Shown here: positions 42,742 through 53,090 of the stretch, piece by piece
Layout of the letters: the number at the start of each line of letters is the position of its first letter
How positions within the stretch are numbered: the stretch's first letter is position 1
DNA from: an uncultured candidate division WWE3 bacterium
Lineage (GTDB): Bacteria > Patescibacteriota > WWE3 > UBA101185 > UBA10185
DNA length: 64,000 bases
NCBI GenBank assembly: GCA_903879985.1
Contig: CAIRNR010000007.1
Span: 5,382 to 69,381 of the forward strand
Direction of reading: 5' to 3'
Position numbers and translations under genes: made by a program
Notes under the pieces: generated by a model
The model's input: the letters and a program-made list of their open reading frames with translations, nothing else
Databases searched by the model: none
What the model was told of the DNA's origin: nothing

Positions 42742-42877
42742 AATGAATGTTTTTTTGTAACGCCCTGCGTAATTATATTTCGTGGGGCGCTTTTTTGTGG
42801 TGGTTCTAGGGCCTATAGCGTTTGACTTTAATACAGCTAGTTGTTAAAGTGGTCAAAATAGAAAAAAAGGAGCGATT

Positions 42878-43450
42878 ATGACAGATCGAATAGCAACAGG
42901 TACTGTTAAAGTATCTAAATATGGAACCTTCAACCGAGGTGGCTATGGTCAGGAATATTTTAGCGAGCGGCTGCTCGGACATCAAAGTCCCAACTATTAT
43001 GTAAACACATTCGTTGGTGACTTTGTTGATATTGTTGATGCAAAAGGCAAATTGGTTATAACGATGTGCCTCTCTGATTTCAATCGTGTAGACAACATTT
43101 CCGGCCAGCATGAAGTTATGAGCGGCGGATGGCTGGTAGACTCTTTAAGGTCACAAGCCAAGTACATCAAATCGGGAATTACATCTCTCGACTTTGAAAT
43201 AAGGCAGCGCAAGACTCTCATAGCCAGAATACTTGCCGCAGAAAAAGGGCACAGGGGAAGTTTTATCGATAATTCGCCATTTTACAAAGTCGACGCAAAA
43301 AAATATCCGCGTGGCCGCATGCTTATGCTATTAGTGTTAAACGGCATGAAAGATTTTCGGGTAATTGATTCCAAAGGATATATTGTACCTGCCGAGAAAA
43401 AATATCCATTGGCAGGAGATGCTCCAATTAGGGATCATGATTTCTGGTAA
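42878..43450 (+). CDS. Hypothetical protein
   Basis: SD AAAAGGAG; 190 aa. Confidence 0.65.
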   Translation: MTDRIATGTVKVSKYGTFNRGGYGQEYFSERLLGHQSPNYYVNTFVGDFVDIVDAKGKLVITMCLSDFNRVDNISGQHEVMSGGWLVDSLRSQAKYIKSGITSLDFEIRQRKTLIARILAAEKGHRGSFIDNSPFYKVDAKKYPRGRMLMLLVLNGMKDFRVIDSKGYIVPAEKKYPLAGDAPIRDHDFW

Positions 43451-43484
43451 AAATATTGCACGCAATAGGCGCCTAACAATTAAA

Positions 43485-44834
43485 TTAAAGTTGTTGGGCG
43501 CTCTTCTTTTCCAAAGCTGCAACAATTAAACCACGAGTAACATCCGGAGCAGCCTTACCTTGAGTTTCACGCATAACTTGGCCAACTAAAAATTGAACAG
43601 CATTTTGTTTTCCGGCCTTAAAATCTTCAACCGCTTTTGGATTTGCAGAAATTGCTTTTTCTACTGCCGCACTAATTGCAGCTGAATCATTAATAACCTC
43701 AGAACTTTTCTTTAACATTTCATCAACTTGATCCACAGTCATTTCTAAAGTTTCTTTTTTATTTAATAAAGTGTTTGCTACTTTACGACCTTCGTTTCCC
43801 TTTTTAACAATTGCTTCAAACTTTTCAGCGAGGTCTTTACCACCGAGATCAACAAGTGCGTGAGCAACTTCTTTTGTTAAACCAAAATCTCTTACTAAGC
43901 GATCCTTCATTTGCTGAGGTAATTCTGGTAACAAAGATTTGAGTTCATTAATATAAACTTCATCAAAAAACATAGGTGGGATATCAGGTTCTGGAAAATA
44001 TCTGTAATCGTTTGCTTCTTCCTTACTACGTTGTAAAACAGTTTTTCCAGTTGCTTCGTTATAACCTCGGTTTTCTTGCTTTGGTGTTTCGCCTTTTTCT
44101 AATAATTCTCGTTGACGAACAACCTCAGCCAAAACTGCTTTTTCCATAAATCTAAATGAATTAATGTTTTTTACTTCGACTTTATATTTTGGCAATTCGT
44201 TTCGAGCTTCCATGTCGGCGGTTCGCAAAGAAATATTTGCCTCAAGTCTCATTTGGCCTTTTTCCATATCGGCATTACTAATTCCTAACGATCGTGCAAT
44301 ATTTTGAAGTTGTTTGCAGTAATCAACGGCGTCATCAAGAGTTTTAAAAGTAGGAGCTGTAACAATTTCAGCAAGTGGAATACTGGATTTATTGTAGTCA
44401 ACCAAAGTTTTACCGCCTTCGTGAAGTGATTTAGCAACATCTTCTTCAAGGTGTAGTCGTTCAATATCAGCAACGTTTCCAGATAACAAGTCTAAATGAC
44501 CGTTTTCACAGAATGGTTGTTTGTATTGGCTTATTTGATAACCTTTTGGCAAGTCAGGATAAAAGTAATGTTTTCTGTCAAAGCGAGAGTTTTGGTTTAA
44601 TGTACAGTTTAAAGCTAATCCAAATAATTGAGCTTTTCTTATGGCTTCAAAGTTTGGAACCGGAAGAGCGCCTGGTAAACCTAGGCAAACCGGACACACA
44701 TGAGTATTAGGTTCAGCTTGCCATATATCAGCGGAACAACCACAAAACATTTTTTGTTCTGTCATTAGCTGTACATGAACTTCTAAACCTAAAACTAATT
44801 TGTAACTACCTAATAATTCGAGCTCTTTGGTCAT
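43485..44834 (-). CDS. gatB: Asp/Glu-tRNA amidotransferase subunit B
   Basis: GLEVHVQL, CPVCLGLPGALP, RKHYFYPDLPKGYQISQ, YRYFPEPD. Confidence 0.98.
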   Translation of the reverse strand: MTKELELLGSYKLVLGLEVHVQLMTEQKMFCGCSADIWQAEPNTHVCPVCLGLPGALPVPNFEAIRKAQLFGLALNCTLNQNSRFDRKHYFYPDLPKGYQISQYKQPFCENGHLDLLSGNVADIERLHLEEDVAKSLHEGGKTLVDYNKSSIPLAEIVTAPTFKTLDDAVDYCKQLQNIARSLGISNADMEKGQMRLEANISLRTADMEARNELPKYKVEVKNINSFRFMEKAVLAEVVRQRELLEKGETPKQENRGYNEATGKTVLQRSKEEANDYRYFPEPDIPPMFFDEVYINELKSLLPELPQQMKDRLVRDFGLTKEVAHALVDLGGKDLAEKFEAIVKKGNEGRKVANTLLNKKETLEMTVDQVDEMLKKSSEVINDSAAISAAVEKAISANPKAVEDFKAGKQNAVQFLVGQVMRETQGKAAPDVTRGLIVAALEKKSAQQL

Positions 44835-44836
44835 AG

Positions 44837-45538
44837 TTATACTTTAAAATGTAAATTTCTAAACACTACCTGGTCAAATACTATATCATCAAAACCAAGA
44901 ATAAACTCAACAATTTTTGATACTTGCTCAGGCTTCATAGCGTACGTCATATCACGAGAAGCGCCACTATTTGCAAAAAGTCCTGTATCTATTAAACCGG
45001 GATAAATACCAACAACGCCAACATTATACTTCTCCAAATCTTTTCCTAAAGCTTTTGTAAACCCTGTGATGGCCCACTTTGAAGCACTATAAATACTGCG
45101 ATCTTCTTTTGTTTCGATACCATCAATTGATCCAATATTTATTATCTTTCCGGATCTTTGCTTTTTCATAACTCTAACAACAGCTTTTGTCATGTTTATT
45201 GTTCCAACAGAATTCACCAACATGACGCGTGCAATATCAGAATAATCATTATCGTCCAAGTCGCCACCAACCCAGACTCCAGCGTCATTAATTAAAACAT
45301 CAATGTGACCAAACTTTTCTTCTACTTCTTTAACTACTTTTTGAACTGAAGCAACGTCCGTAATATCACATAAATATGAGTGGCACTTTAACTCTTCAGT
45401 GGTGTGTTCCAACGAAACTTTTTCATTAGACAAAACAACAACAGTATTAGCAATATCTTCTTTGAGTTTTCTGGCTAACTCTTTACCTAAACCTTGCGAG
45501 CCACCAGTTATTAAAATAATTCTTTTTTCAGCTGACAT
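44837..45538 (-). CDS. SDR family oxidoreductase
   Basis: TGGSQGLG and YSASK (YxxxK) motifs. Confidence 0.92.
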   Translation of the reverse strand: MSAEKRIILITGGSQGLGKELARKLKEDIANTVVVLSNEKVSLEHTTEELKCHSYLCDITDVASVQKVVKEVEEKFGHIDVLINDAGVWVGGDLDDNDYSDIARVMLVNSVGTINMTKAVVRVMKKQRSGKIINIGSIDGIETKEDRSIYSASKWAITGFTKALGKDLEKYNVGVVGIYPGLIDTGLFANSGASRDMTYAMKPEQVSKIVEFILGFDDIVFDQVVFRNLHFKV

Positions 45539-45547
45539 ATTTAAAAG

Positions 45548-45940
45548 TTAAACGCGTAAACCAAGAGTTTGTAATGCCCTTTGTAAATTATTTATTGCCT
45601 CTGTTACCATAAAATGTGGGGGTTCAAATCCTGCTTCGTGACTTATATTGTTTCTTAACTTGTGCGCTTCCCAAATTTTTTGGTAAGTAATAGGATCAAA
45701 TTTATCTCTGGAGTTTTTTAATCTTTCGCCCATGGTTTCTCCAACTGCAATATCCCGTAATGCGGTATCCATACATCTATCCGCAGTAATTAAAGCTTGT
45801 TTTAAATCAGAAGGACCTCTTTTTAAGAGTAACGCACGCACAGTATCCCAGTCGTAACTGATTTTCTTTTCTGTTTCTTGGCTAACAGAACCTCTTGAAG
45901 CGGCGCCTGCAGATGAAAATAAAAAATCAAAAAATCCCAT
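45548..45940 (-). CDS. Conserved hypothetical protein (HEPN-like RN...H motif)
   Basis: GETMGERLK...WEAHKLRNNISHE. Confidence 0.7.
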   Translation of the reverse strand: MGFFDFLFSSAGAASRGSVSQETEKKISYDWDTVRALLLKRGPSDLKQALITADRCMDTALRDIAVGETMGERLKNSRDKFDPITYQKIWEAHKLRNNISHEAGFEPPHFMVTEAINNLQRALQTLGLRV

Positions 45941-45941
45941 A

Positions 45942-46127
45942 TTAGTATTTCTTCATACGAATCAAAATAAATATGAATAATATGAATAAATATGATGCTA
46001 AATTAAAGGTTAGCAAAGTTCCAATAGGCAACGAAAAAAGTGCTTTGCCCGTTAGCTTCATTAGTACGTAACTATCTACGCCTAACATTATAAAAAAAAG
46101 TAAAACGCCTATTCCTAATGTTTGCAT
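45942..46127 (-). CDS. Small 2-TM membrane protein
   Basis: Coupled to the gatA stop; hydrophobic. Confidence 0.55.
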   Translation of the reverse strand: MQTLGIGVLLFFIMLGVDSYVLMKLTGKALFSLPIGTLLTFNLASYLFILFIFILIRMKKY

Positions 46128-47569
46128 TATTTTAGTCCTTCCAAATTTGGTTTATTTAAATGGTAGTCAGTTGCCTTCTGGAATGCATATGCAACCGCAC
46201 CTAATTTATTTTCGTCAAAGTGTTTACCAATAAGTTGCACACCAACAGGCATGTTATCGCTTAATCCACAAGGAATACTAATACCTGGTAAACCGGCAAT
46301 AGCGCTTGGTTCAGCCAAAACATCCATTAACTCACCAAACATAGGAGATTTTTCAGGATCACCTAAATTTAATGCAACACAGGGCATGGTTGGACCAATA
46401 ATCATATCTACTTCATTAAACGCTTTATTAAAGTCGTCCACAATAAGCGTTCGAACTTTTTGAGCTTTTGAATAATAGGCATCGTAATAACCTGCACTTA
46501 AAGTATAAGTTCCAAGCATAATTCTTTTTTTGGATTCAAAACCAAAGTTTGTACGATCGTTTCCATAACGAATTCCGTCGAGTCTGGCCAAATTAGAAGA
46601 AACTTCGGATCTTTGTAGAATTGTGTAAACGCCAATAGAATATTTTGGACTTAGTAAATCCATTTCAACTATTTGAGCACCAAGCTCTTTAAACTTTTCT
46701 ATAGCTTGTTCAACTTTTTCGCGAACACCTGGCTCAAGTTCTATTTCAAAGTAAGATTTTGGTTTACCAATTTTTATTTTACTTAAATCAATGTTATTTA
46801 AATTTGCAAAATAATCTTCAACCTCGGTTGGTGACGAAGTTGCATCCAACGGATCTTTACCTGCAATTATTTTTAAAACGTACGAGGCATCTTCAATTGT
46901 TTTTGCGATGGGTCCTGGCGAGTCTGTTGATGAAGCCATTGCTACAACACCATATCTACTGACACGACCATAAGTTGGTTTAAAACCCGAAGCACCACAC
47001 CAAGCAGCGGGGCCACGAATACTTCCCGCAGTTTCGCTTCCTGTTGAAAAAATACACATGTCCGACATAACGGCGGAAGCAGAACCACCTGAGGAACCGC
47101 CCGGAACTTTGTTTTTATTCCAAGGATTTATTGTTTTAAAAAAGTCTGAGGTTTCAGTAGATGAACCATGGGCAAAGGCGTCCATATTTGTTTTACCTAA
47201 CATAACAGCACCTGCATCTTTTAGTTTTTGAGTAACTGTAGATTCATACGGAGGTATGTAACCTTTTAACATGTTAGAACTTGCAGTTGTTTGAACACCT
47301 TTTGTAGAATAGTTATCTTTACAAGCGTAAGGAATTCCAAGAAGTGGTTTTTCTTCGAAAATTTCCGGACCGTGGGAGTTTATTAATAAATCAGCTTCTT
47401 CGGCTTCTGCTAATGCGCGATCTTTTACTAAGGTTACAAAAGCTTTTACAACGTCATCATATTTTTCGATTTGCTCAAAACAAGCTTGGGTTAAAGCAAC
47501 ACTCGTAAACGTCTTTTGTTTAAGTCCTTCGAGAGCTTCAATAATTGTAAGTTCGTTAAGTTGTTTCAT
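46127..47569 (-). CDS. gatA: Asp/Glu-tRNA amidotransferase subunit A
   Basis: Amidase signature PGGSSGGSA; SSNLARLDGIRYG; RIMLGTY. Confidence 0.97.
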   Translation of the reverse strand: MKQLNELTIIEALEGLKQKTFTSVALTQACFEQIEKYDDVVKAFVTLVKDRALAEAEEADLLINSHGPEIFEEKPLLGIPYACKDNYSTKGVQTTASSNMLKGYIPPYESTVTQKLKDAGAVMLGKTNMDAFAHGSSTETSDFFKTINPWNKNKVPGGSSGGSASAVMSDMCIFSTGSETAGSIRGPAAWCGASGFKPTYGRVSRYGVVAMASSTDSPGPIAKTIEDASYVLKIIAGKDPLDATSSPTEVEDYFANLNNIDLSKIKIGKPKSYFEIELEPGVREKVEQAIEKFKELGAQIVEMDLLSPKYSIGVYTILQRSEVSSNLARLDGIRYGNDRTNFGFESKKRIMLGTYTLSAGYYDAYYSKAQKVRTLIVDDFNKAFNEVDMIIGPTMPCVALNLGDPEKSPMFGELMDVLAEPSAIAGLPGISIPCGLSDNMPVGVQLIGKHFDENKLGAVAYAFQKATDYHLNKPNLEGLK

Positions 47570-47575
47570 ATAGCT

Positions 47576-47866
47576 TTACTCGCGGTCAAAAACGCCTTTG
47601 GTGGAAATAAGACCGTTTGTAACTTCTTTGGCATTTTGCAAAACTTCTTCTTTAGTTAGAGTTGCTCGATTTTCCAAACCTTGTTGAAAAACATTAACAA
47701 GGCCAGTTACTTGATAGGTTTCAGCAACATCCTTAGTATCTAATTCTTCAAGGATTTTAATGTAGTCGATTGTTTGGCTAAAAAGCGAGGCAAAGAGTTC
47801 CTCTTGACCTGAAATGTCGAGTTTGGCTAAAGTCGCTATTTTTACAACGTCATCTTTTGAAATCAT
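47576..47866 (-). CDS. gatC: Asp/Glu-tRNA amidotransferase subunit C
   Basis: ISKDDVVKIATLAKL; position upstream of gatA. Confidence 0.92.
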   Translation of the reverse strand: MISKDDVVKIATLAKLDISGQEELFASLFSQTIDYIKILEELDTKDVAETYQVTGLVNVFQQGLENRATLTKEEVLQNAKEVTNGLISTKGVFDRE

Positions 47867-48011
47867 ACTAAGACATTTTAGCAGTATTCAATTGGTTTAT
47901 AAAGGTTTTGGCTCCGGAATTGAATCCTGACAATAACCTGTAGGAAGTTGACTTTTGCCACTAACAACATAAAATGACCCTACCAAAAATATAGTGCTAA
48001 GGAGAGAACAA

Positions 48012-48674
48012 ATGGATGTACCGTGCGAGAAGCATATTACCCAGGCGGTAGTTGCTGCAGTCTATTGGCGAGAGAATAAAGGCAAATTGAACACAGCTTT
48101 GGAAATACTTAAGGGAACTCTAAATTGCATTCCAAGCTCCAGAAACATACCCATGGCAAAGACATTGGTTTACGGCCAAATGGCAATTACTCTGGAAAAG
48201 ATGGCTAAGTACGAGGATATGAAAAAAATCTGTGAGCAGATGATTAAAGAGCTGGATTATCGACACGCAGCTTTCTATCACAGAATGTTATCCGAGTATT
48301 ACCTTCACACCGGAGACGTCAAATTTGCGCTCATTCAGGCACACGAAGCGTATCGTTTGGCCAAGAAGTATAACCTGCCAGACAGAGTGTGGTACTCCCA
48401 TCAGGTTGTTACTACATTGTCGGTGCAACCTGGGATATCAAAACACGCAATGGAGCAAACGGTAGAAAAGGAGCGACGTGATTTGCTGTATAGCCTTAGC
48501 CTAAACCCAACAGAAACTGAGCGTGATGTTTGGGCATTAAGCGCGTATTTCAGTGCACTCCGTTATAACCGGAAACTGCTAAAGAAATACAAAACATCGT
48601 GGGTAATAAAACAACTATTTACGGAGCGATTTTGGATTAGAGTGTTTCGGATGGTAACAAAAAGGCACAGTTAA
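48012..48674 (+). CDS. Hypothetical helical-repeat (TPR-like) protein
   Basis: SD AAGGAG; alpha-helical repeat pattern. Confidence 0.55.
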   Translation: MDVPCEKHITQAVVAAVYWRENKGKLNTALEILKGTLNCIPSSRNIPMAKTLVYGQMAITLEKMAKYEDMKKICEQMIKELDYRHAAFYHRMLSEYYLHTGDVKFALIQAHEAYRLAKKYNLPDRVWYSHQVVTTLSVQPGISKHAMEQTVEKERRDLLYSLSLNPTETERDVWALSAYFSALRYNRKLLKKYKTSWVIKQLFTERFWIRVFRMVTKRHS

Positions 48675-48676
48675 AG

Positions 48677-49582
48677 CTACATCGTCTCTAATCGACGTAT
48701 GCGTTCTTCAATCGGGGGGTGAGTGGAAAATAAATCAGCCATAAACCCTCCGATATTATTTTTTAGGGGATTTGTAATATATAAATGAGCCGTTGCGCCA
48801 TTTGCTTCCGCTATCACGCTATTAGCACCAGCTAACTTTTTCAAAGCATTTGCCAAACCCGCAGGATACCTTGTAATAAGTGCCGCAGTTGAATCGGCCA
48901 AATACTCACGGTGACGACTTATTGCCAGCTTTATTAAAGTAGCAATAATCGGACTTAAAATTACAAAAAAGATCCCAATTAACAATAAAAATCCCCCACC
49001 CTCAGAATCATTACCTCGGCGGCGACGTCCACCACCATAAAACATTCCTCTGGTAAACCAATCTGCTAACAAAGTAATAGTTCCAACCAATACACTGACA
49101 ATAGACATTAAACGTATATCGTAATTTCCAATATGTGACATTTCATGCGCTACAACACCTTCGAGTTCGCGCTTTTCCATGTTCGAAACAATTCCGGATG
49201 TAAAGCAAATTGCCGCATGATTTGGATCACGACCAGTGGCAAATGCGTTCATAGCAGAATCATAAATAATATATACCCTAGGTTTTGGAATACCCGAGGC
49301 AATAGACATATTTTCTACTAAATTATGTAGGTCTGGAGCTTGTGCAGGTGTAACTTCGTGTGCACCAGATATGGCCAACACTATTTTGTCGGAATTGTAA
49401 TAAGAAACCCAACTGGATATTCCGGAAACTATTAAAGCCAAGCCAGTAAAACCAAAACCATTGTCACCGAAAAAATAGTAGCCAATAAACCAACCAACAA
49501 AACTTACAACGGCTACAAAAGCAACCATAATAACAACGGTATCACGCTTATTAGAATCGATATTCTGATAGATATTTGGCAT
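48677..49582 (-). CDS. htpX: M48 zinc metalloprotease HtpX
   Basis: NAFATGR, AHEMSH, SRHREYLAD, STHPP. Confidence 0.95.
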   Translation of the reverse strand: MPNIYQNIDSNKRDTVVIMVAFVAVVSFVGWFIGYYFFGDNGFGFTGLALIVSGISSWVSYYNSDKIVLAISGAHEVTPAQAPDLHNLVENMSIASGIPKPRVYIIYDSAMNAFATGRDPNHAAICFTSGIVSNMEKRELEGVVAHEMSHIGNYDIRLMSIVSVLVGTITLLADWFTRGMFYGGGRRRRGNDSEGGGFLLLIGIFFVILSPIIATLIKLAISRHREYLADSTAALITRYPAGLANALKKLAGANSVIAEANGATAHLYITNPLKNNIGGFMADLFSTHPPIEERIRRLETM

Positions 49583-49602
49583 CAGTTAACTCGTTAAACT
49601 CT

Positions 49603-50148
49603 TTAGAACTGAACTTTAACGGCCTCTCGTTCGGCAGGTTGAGCTTCAAAAAAAGCTTCTTCTTTGTAACCAAACATTGATGCTAAAAGGTTGCTTGGGA
49701 ACATAACAAGCTTCTCGTTATATTCTCTAACAACAGAGTTATAAAATTGTCTTGAATAGGACACTTTATCTTCGGTATCAGAAAGTTCTTTTTGCAAGTT
49801 TATAAAGCCGTCTTGAGCTTTAAGTTCAGGATAAGCTTCGGCAACAGCAAACAAAGATTTTAATGCACCGGACAGTTGGTTGTTAGCCTGATCAGCTTGT
49901 GTTGGTGTTGTAGCAGACATCAATGACGCACGAGCTTGTGTAACGTTTTCGAATACTTCTTTTTCGTGCGTGGCATAACCTTTTACGGTTTCAACAAGGT
50001 TTGGGATTAAATCTATACGGCGTTTAAGTTGAACGTCTATTTGACTCCAAGCTTCTTTAATTTTTACCTTTAAAGAGGCCAAAGAATTATATACAGACCA
50101 GACGAAGAGTAAGGCGATTGCTATTAGCGCTAAAAGTATAATCATCAT
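49603..50148 (-). CDS. lemA: LemA family protein
   Basis: AWSQIDVQLKRR.DLIPNLV; EAYPELKA. Confidence 0.96.
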   Translation of the reverse strand: MMIILLALIAIALLFVWSVYNSLASLKVKIKEAWSQIDVQLKRRIDLIPNLVETVKGYATHEKEVFENVTQARASLMSATTPTQADQANNQLSGALKSLFAVAEAYPELKAQDGFINLQKELSDTEDKVSYSRQFYNSVVREYNEKLVMFPSNLLASMFGYKEEAFFEAQPAEREAVKVQF

Positions 50149-50230
50149 TTATTTTCCTCCAAATTTATAGATACTGAATGTATTTTACTCTCGTGTCTGA
50201 GATTTTGCACAAGTGGGTTATAAAGAAGTT

Positions 50231-51988
50231 CTAAAGATTTCTAACGTTTAACGCCTTAACAAAATCCTCAAAATGAAGCGTATTAATAACATTCTGCTTT
50301 TCGGCCCAACCTCGACGGGCATCATCTATTCCACACTTTGTAAAATAAAGCTGATCTATAGCGTGGGCATCACTACTTAAAATCATTTTTACATCCCAGC
50401 TTATTGCTTCCTTAATAAGGTCGTCGGTTAAATCAAGGCGGTCGGGTTGCGAATCTATTTCCAAAATTTTTCCGTTATCACGTGCGGCTTCAAAAATTTT
50501 ATTCCAGTTTGGATCTACGGGATCACGTTTGTTTATAAGTCTACCCGAAGGGTGTGCCAAAATATTTATGTAAGGATTTTCAAGCGCACATATCAAACGT
50601 TTTGTCACAGTATCGCGATCTTGGTCAAAAGATGTGTGAATTCCGGCAATAGCGTAATCCAATAGTTTTAAAAGTTCGTCGGGCAAACCTAACGTAGCAT
50701 CAGCTAATATATTTACCTCATAACCAAACAAAACTTTAATCTTATTTTGTTTTTTGTTTATAGCATCAATCATTTGACGTTTTTTATGTACTACTGCTGC
50801 CACCTCGTCAAAACCACGACTCATAACACTTGGCGCGTGATCGGAAATTCCAATATATTCGTAACCCATATGAATTGCTGCTTCCACCATTTCTTCAAGA
50901 GTAGCCAATCCATCGGAATCGGTTGTGTGAGTATGAACATCCCCTCGAATATCTTTAAGTTCTATTAACTTTGGTAACTTGTTGACTTTTGCGGCCTCTA
51001 TCTCACCGTGACCACTACGAAGCTCGGGCGGAATTAAAGGTAAACCCAAATGGTTATAAAACTTTTCCTCAGTATCAAACTGCAATAGCTCGTCGTTTTG
51101 CTTAATGCCGTACTCAGACAAAGACATCTTTTTTTCTAAAGAATAACTGCGTAACAAAATGTTGTGCTGTTTTGATCCAGTTGAATATTGCAACATTGCG
51201 CCGTAAGCCTCGGGTTCGGTAACACGAACGTCAACTTGCATTCCGTTTGTTAAAACAACACTCGTTTTTTTGTCACCAACAACTAAGGTTTCAGCAATTT
51301 CCGGAAATTTTGCGAAGTGTTCAAAAATTTTAGCTGGTTCGCGTGTGGAAATAATAAAATCCAAATCACCTACCGTTGGGCTACGACGACGAAAAGAACC
51401 TGTGGACTCGATTTGCAGAACACAATCAAGCTCTTTCATGTATTCATATACACGGAAAACAATTTCTTCGGCTCTAACTAATAAAGTTCGTTCTTTTTCG
51501 TTCTTGGTCATTTTTAACTGATCAACCGATTCCAAAATATCTTTTTCTGATTTTTCACCAAACCCTTCGATTTTTTGAACTTCACCCTTTAAAGCGTGCT
51601 CTTTTAATTTTTCTATAGCTGTTTCTCGAGAATTTAACTTAAACGCCATCGCCAACTTAAATGCTTTTCGAGCACCAATACCACGAATGCCTATTAGCGA
51701 AAACATTCCTTGAGGTAAATCTTTTTGAGCTTCTTCAAATTCCACAACTTTTCCGGTTGTAAACAATTCGTTTAAATGGCCTTGTAACGCAGGTCCAACC
51801 CCTGGAATATCTCCAAGCTTTTTGTTTTCCCACATATCGTAAATGGAAACTGTTAAGTTGTCTAAGATTGAAATGGCATTTTGATAAGCCCGTACGCGGA
51901 AAACGTTGTAATTCTTAACGTCCATAACGGCGAGCATCTCTTTTAATAGCAATATGACTTCTTTATTGGACAAACGATAGTTCGTCAT
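50231..51988 (-). CDS. polX: DNA polymerase X with PHP domain
   Basis: GSFRR...GDLD, TGSKQHN, HTHT..SDG, SDAH. Confidence 0.95.
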   Translation of the reverse strand: MTNYRLSNKEVILLLKEMLAVMDVKNYNVFRVRAYQNAISILDNLTVSIYDMWENKKLGDIPGVGPALQGHLNELFTTGKVVEFEEAQKDLPQGMFSLIGIRGIGARKAFKLAMAFKLNSRETAIEKLKEHALKGEVQKIEGFGEKSEKDILESVDQLKMTKNEKERTLLVRAEEIVFRVYEYMKELDCVLQIESTGSFRRRSPTVGDLDFIISTREPAKIFEHFAKFPEIAETLVVGDKKTSVVLTNGMQVDVRVTEPEAYGAMLQYSTGSKQHNILLRSYSLEKKMSLSEYGIKQNDELLQFDTEEKFYNHLGLPLIPPELRSGHGEIEAAKVNKLPKLIELKDIRGDVHTHTTDSDGLATLEEMVEAAIHMGYEYIGISDHAPSVMSRGFDEVAAVVHKKRQMIDAINKKQNKIKVLFGYEVNILADATLGLPDELLKLLDYAIAGIHTSFDQDRDTVTKRLICALENPYINILAHPSGRLINKRDPVDPNWNKIFEAARDNGKILEIDSQPDRLDLTDDLIKEAISWDVKMILSSDAHAIDQLYFTKCGIDDARRGWAEKQNVINTLHFEDFVKALNVRNL

Positions 51989-51991
51989 TGC

Positions 51992-52711
51992 TTATATTTT
52001 AGCATCCAGCAAGGCTTTGATGTAATCGTATTCCTTTTTAATGTCCTCTTTGGTTGTCGTACTTACACTTTCTATTATTATTGGAATATTTGTCGGGAAT
52101 TTAAACGACATTATGTTTGAATCAGGCTTACTTAGTATAAGATGATGATTACCTTGTGCCTGCGTTACAAAACTGAGATGAAAGTGAGCCAGACGTGCTC
52201 CAAAGTGCTCTAAGAAGTCGGCGCTAAGCTGCATTGTTGGATCAACAGTATGAGCATGGCCTAAATCTAAAACCAATTTTGCAGATGGGCAAATTTCGAA
52301 AACTTTAGCCATTTGATCAACGTTGTTATAACCCTTTTGTCTAACATCCATATTTTCAAAGGCCGCCAACGAACCTAGGGAACTTTCAACAAGTTTAAGG
52401 TTTGTAGTCTCGTTTGGGTGTAAAACAATTGCTTTTGCCTTTAACAGCTTAGCTAATTCTTTAAGTTCGGCCACTTGTTCTGTAACATTGCCAACTTCAT
52501 AAAGTTGTTTTGGAGCATGAATGGAAACGTACTTAAAAGTTTGAATAACCTTGAGAAGCGCTGAACTTGGATACCAACTTAACATGTCTACCGTGGGCAG
52601 ATTAATTTCAAGCGCATCCGTAGAAATACCACTATAGAAGCGGATACGTTCTTCGTATTGTTGCATCAACTTCCATAAGCAACCCGTAGAAAACCCCAAA
52701 GGATAGGACAT
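51992..52711 (-). CDS. TIM-barrel protein (xylose isomerase/AP endonuclease 2-like)
   Basis: SIHAP, VLHP, FENMD, LDLGHA, HFHLS, IIES. Confidence 0.8.
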   Translation of the reverse strand: MSYPLGFSTGCLWKLMQQYEERIRFYSGISTDALEINLPTVDMLSWYPSSALLKVIQTFKYVSIHAPKQLYEVGNVTEQVAELKELAKLLKAKAIVLHPNETTNLKLVESSLGSLAAFENMDVRQKGYNNVDQMAKVFEICPSAKLVLDLGHAHTVDPTMQLSADFLEHFGARLAHFHLSFVTQAQGNHHLILSKPDSNIMSFKFPTNIPIIIESVSTTTKEDIKKEYDYIKALLDAKI

Positions 52712-52841
52712 TTCTTCACGATAACACAGTTACGCCAAAACCTGAACTATTATTGACCTGTCAAGGTTTTGTTGATAACATAAGGCCAATTGCGAGGTTC
52801 GCGAGTTGAGGAATTGCGCAAAAAAGTGAGTTTTGGTTCAT

Positions 52842-52918
52842 GGGGTCGTAGCTCAGCTGGTTAGAGCGCCGCACTGTCACTGCGGAGGTCGCGGGTCCGA
52901 GTCCCGTCGATCCCGCCA
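52842..52918 (+). tRNA. tRNA-Asp (GTC)
   Basis: GGGGTCG...CCGCA-CT-GTC-AC-TGCGG...GCGGG-TCCGAGT-CCCGT-CGATCCC-G-CCA. Confidence 0.96.
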
Positions 52919-53090
52919 GAAATTATGCACAGCAAATTTCTGGCGTGTGTTTAGATGTCCAAAAATTATTGCCTACTGGCAAACTTTTGGCGTGAATTTA
53001 AGTCAGATCGTTTTTGAGGCCAAGTTTTTTAACTTGTTTTCGTTCTGCCTAATAAAACCAAGTTATACACAAATAAGGAGGTGTATTTAG

